Shown here piece by piece: positions 61,301-64,000 of a stretch of DNA of 64,000 bases. Every line of letters begins with the position of its first letter. Position 1 is the first letter of the stretch. The notes under the pieces were generated by a model. That model saw only the letters and a list, made by a program, of their open reading frames with translations. It was not told where the DNA came from and ran no database searches. The stretch spans positions 58,318 through 122,317 of the forward strand of contig NIVC01001579.1 in the NCBI GenBank assembly GCA_002269645.1, written 5' to 3'. Position numbers and translations under genes: made by a program. Source of the DNA: Macrostomum lignano. Taxonomy: Eukaryota.

Positions 61301-63662
61301 CCCTCCCAGCCAGTCACTCAGCTGAGGTCAGTGCCCCCCTCCCAGCCAGTCACTCAGCTGAGGTCAGTGCCCCCTCCCAGCCAGTCACTCAGCTGAGGTC
61401 AGTGCCCCCTCCCAGCCAGTCACTCAGCTGAGGTCAGTGCCCCCTCCCAGCCAGTCACTCAGCTGAGGTCAGTGCCCCCTCCCAGCCAGTCACTCAGCTG
61501 AGGTCAGTGCCCCCCTCCCAGCCAGTCACTCAGCTGAGGTCAGTGCCCCCTCCCAGCCAGTCACTCAGCTGAGGTCAGTGCCCCCTCCAAGCCAGTCACT
61601 CAGCTGAGGTCAGTGCCCCTCCCAGCCAGTCACTCAGCTGAGGTCAGTGCCCCCTCCCAGCCAGTCACTCAGCTGAGGTCAGTGCCCCTCCCAGCCAGTC
61701 ACTCAGCTGAGGTCAGTGCCACCCTCCCAGCCAGTCACTCAGCTGAGGTCAGTGCCACCCTCCCAGCCAGTCACTCAGCTGAGGTCAGTGCTTCCTCCCA
61801 GCCAGTCACTCAGCTGCGGTCAGTGCTTCCTCCTAGCCAGTCACTCAGCTGAGGTCAGTGCTCCCCCCCAGCCAGTGAGCTCAGCTGGGGTCAGTGCCCC
61901 TCCCAGCCAGTGAGCTCAGCTGGGGTCAGTGCCCCTCCCAGCCAGTGAGCTCAGCTGGGTCAGTGACCCCCCAGCCAGTGAGCTCAGCTGGGGTCAGTGC
62001 CCCTCCCAGCCAGTGAGCTCAGCTGGGTCAGTGACCCCCCACCCCAAATTTTCAAAAAAATCATCTGTCCAGATTTGAACACGCGTTTTTTCTTCTGTTC
62101 TTCACCTTGAGAACAGGTCTAGCGAATCATAACGCATAAAAACAAACCAAATAGTAAATACCGTCTTTATTACCTCTTCAATATCGCCAGTAGAACTATC
62201 TTCCCCACTAGAACCGGAGCATGCATCCTGATCCTTTGAATCGTCAGTGGCAGCCGTAGCTCCTAGCTGCTGACCACCTTCGCCAGAATCTTTCCTCCCA
62301 TGCGATTTTACTGGCGCAGTGGCAGCGGCAGCAGCAGTTTTCTCCTGCTGCTGCTTTTTGGCAGCCAAGTCCGCCGCCGCCTGCTTTTTGGCAGCCAAGT
62401 CCGTCGCCGCCTGCTTTTTGGCAGCCAAGTCCGCCGCCGCCGCCTGCTGTTGCTGCTGCTCCTGCTTCTTCTTGCCACGCCTTTGACGCTTCTTACGACG
62501 CTTCTCCTGTTTACGCTGGGCTCGACGCTTCTCCCGCTCCTCCGCTTCGATCAGCTCCTTCGCCTGCTTTTCCGCCTCCTGCGGGTCCGAGGACCGAAGA
62601 ATTATGAATCAATTTGGTTGCGTCATCAGTCAGCTAAAAGTGGAATCGAACCCGCGACCAGTTTCTGTCCTCGGCTGTTCTATCGGACCACCTATTAATT
62701 AAACTATACTAAACGGAACCTTTTTCTTTGTGCAGAAATGCAAGCTTTTAGTGCCACACTCTATACTTTCTACTTATCAGTAGACGAATGAGTACAATTC
62801 CTTTAACCCACAACACTCACCTCAGGCGACAGAGTGCTGAAACGCGTAATCGGGAGTTCTGATCCCGGTATTGCCTGCGATATTGATAGTACTCGTACCA
62901 ATTGGGGTTGTCATTGAAGCTGCTGTCGCTGTCTGCGTGTTTGCGAGCGAGAATAATATTGAATTGAAGCTGACCGTATACTAATGACGGACCTTCAGAT
63001 CCTGAGGCTGCTGTCCCCAAACTCTAAGCAGACGGACCTTCAGATTCTGAGGCTGCTGTCCCCAAACTCTAAGCAGACGGACCTTCAGATTCTGAGGCTG
63101 CTGTCCCCAAACTCTAAGCAGACGGACCTTCAGATTCTGAGGCTGTTGTCCCCAAACTCTAAGCAGACGGACCTTCAGATTCTGAGGCTGCTGTCCCCAA
63201 ACTCTAAGCAGACGGACCTTCAGATTCTGAGGCTGCTGTCCTCACACCCTAAGCAGACGGACCTTCAGATTCTGAGGCTGTTGTCCCCAAATCCTAAGCA
63301 GACGGACCTTCAGTCATATCCAATAAAACTGGGTCAGACTTGAATAATCTCACAGAGAAAAGTTCGCATGGAATACAAATGCTCGCTCACCGTCAGAATA
63401 GTCCTCATCTTCGTCATCGCAATAAAAATCATCAACATCCTCCGAGTGGTTCATAAAGAAAAACAGAACTGAAACTGGAATGTGCGAAATCGATTAATTA
63501 AAAGTTGCAGGAAAGTCTTTTTGCAACTCAAGTAAGCAATGAGATATGGCTCACAATCTGTCCTAGTCATGGCATCAATCAGTAACCAGATGAATTCCGG
63601 ATTCATAAATTTATCCTTCAAACGGTCAACTTCATCGTCGGTGCTGGTCAGTTTCTTGTAGG
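55398..63662 (-). CDS. TTC31-like TPR + RRM protein, 5' end outside the window. Exons 63662-63555, 63468-63391, about 62932-62821, 62578-62174, 57345-56338, 55643-55398
   Basis: EAEKQAKELIEAEEREKRR..KQEKRRKKRQR; EEFDEASAFV; TPR triplet (KEGNRL...AIRLDP.D.RYYGSRAACY...DAKQSVQLSPQYVKGFY.LG.A); C-terminal RRM SLWVGSV...YAFVN...LNGQVLGSHKIVVRY. One junction (62821/62578) is out of phase. Confidence 0.78.
55690..56195. repeat. 22-23-bp minisatellite (CTGCGATTCTTTAGGGATTT[TC/A/G]A), about 22 copies, intronic
   Basis: Directly visible. Confidence 0.93.
57440..57771. repeat. 35-bp minisatellite (CAGCTGAGGTCAGTGCCCCCTCCCAGCCAGTCACT), left part
   Basis: Directly visible; interrupted by the hAT-like element. 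Confidence 0.95.
57772..61048 (+). mobile_element. hAT-like DNA transposon, 3277 bp, perfect 17-bp TIRs, apparent 3-bp TSD GTG
   Basis: CAGTGGTGGGAGTGAGG at 57772-57788 and CCTCACTCCCACCACTG at 61032-61048; GTG at 57769-57771 and 61049-61051; subterminal GGCGCGAA repeats. Confidence 0.9.
58228..60623 (+). CDS. hAT-family transposase, about 800 aa, with a single frameshift at the A5 run 59334-59338
   Basis: BED-like finger CAWC...H....H; FSVQIDE; VMSDSCNTMRG.KSGV; CSLH; TRWL; dimerisation-type LPHGNAEVERIFS....KKR; C-terminal coiled coil. The ORF2 frame is already open from KYFFDS at 59337. Confidence 0.85.
61049..62040. repeat. 35-bp minisatellite, right part (about 28 copies)
   Basis: Same unit and orientation as 57440-57771. 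Confidence 0.95.
62986..63313. repeat. 45-bp minisatellite, about 7 copies, intronic
   Basis: 15-aa periodic ORF TDLQILRLLSPNSKQ. Confidence 0.93.
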
Positions 63663-63778
63663 CTAGGGAAATTTCTTGGAACTTCTACGAGAGGAATGTT
63701 GGAGCAAGTGGATTGTGCAAATATCAAGCATTAATTTGTGGCAAAAGTAAAAGCTCAGCATGTCTGTGTCAAAATAAG

Positions 63779-63932
63779 TTGGATGTCAGTGGGGAAGGTG
63801 GAGTTGGATGTCAGTGGGGAAGGTGGAGTTGGATGTCAGTGGGGAAAGTGGAGTTGGATGTCAGTGGGAAGGTGGAGTCGGATGTCAGTGGGGAAAGTGG
63901 AGTTGGATGTCAGTGGGGAAGGTGGAGTCGGA
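63779..63932. repeat. 25-bp minisatellite (GGATGTCAGTGGGGAAGGTGGAGTT), about 6 copies
   Basis: Directly visible. Confidence 0.9.
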
Positions 63933-64000
63933 TAGATGTCAATAAGGAAGGTAGTTTGATGTCAGTAGAGATTGTAAGTTGTATACCATTGAGGAATGTA

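Noticed and set aside
62625-62670. tRNA-like B-box (GGTTCGATTCC, minus strand)
   Set aside because: No cloverleaf or A-box; at most a SINE fragment

Overview
Eukaryotic (invertebrate) genomic DNA. GC-rich exons with polyQ/polyA runs and introns filled with private minisatellites suggest a flatworm such as Macrostomum; this is inference only. Hand-spliced gene models with consistent intron phases: a TCF/LEF HMG-box factor (+), MAK16 (-), a secreted signal peptide + 2x AbfB/CBM42 + alpha-carbonic anhydrase fusion (-), an uncharacterised 253-aa protein (+), a short TRPM-like channel (-), an MLF-family gene (-) and a TTC31-like TPR/RRM gene (-, running off the right edge). Mobile DNA: a 6.7-kb EnSpm/CACTA-type element with an intact transposase and a spliced accessory gene, a 3.3-kb hAT-like element inserted in an intronic 35-bp minisatellite with an apparent 3-bp TSD, a 1.8-kb foldback MITE with TAC..GTA ends and a 6-bp TSD, a Harbinger fossil, a tRNA-derived SINE and a partial EnSpm end. 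About 20 tandem arrays explain most of the long low-complexity ORFs in the track. Best leads: the AbfB-AbfB-CA fusion, the hAT element with an atypical TSD, and inverted repeats flanking one MLF exon.
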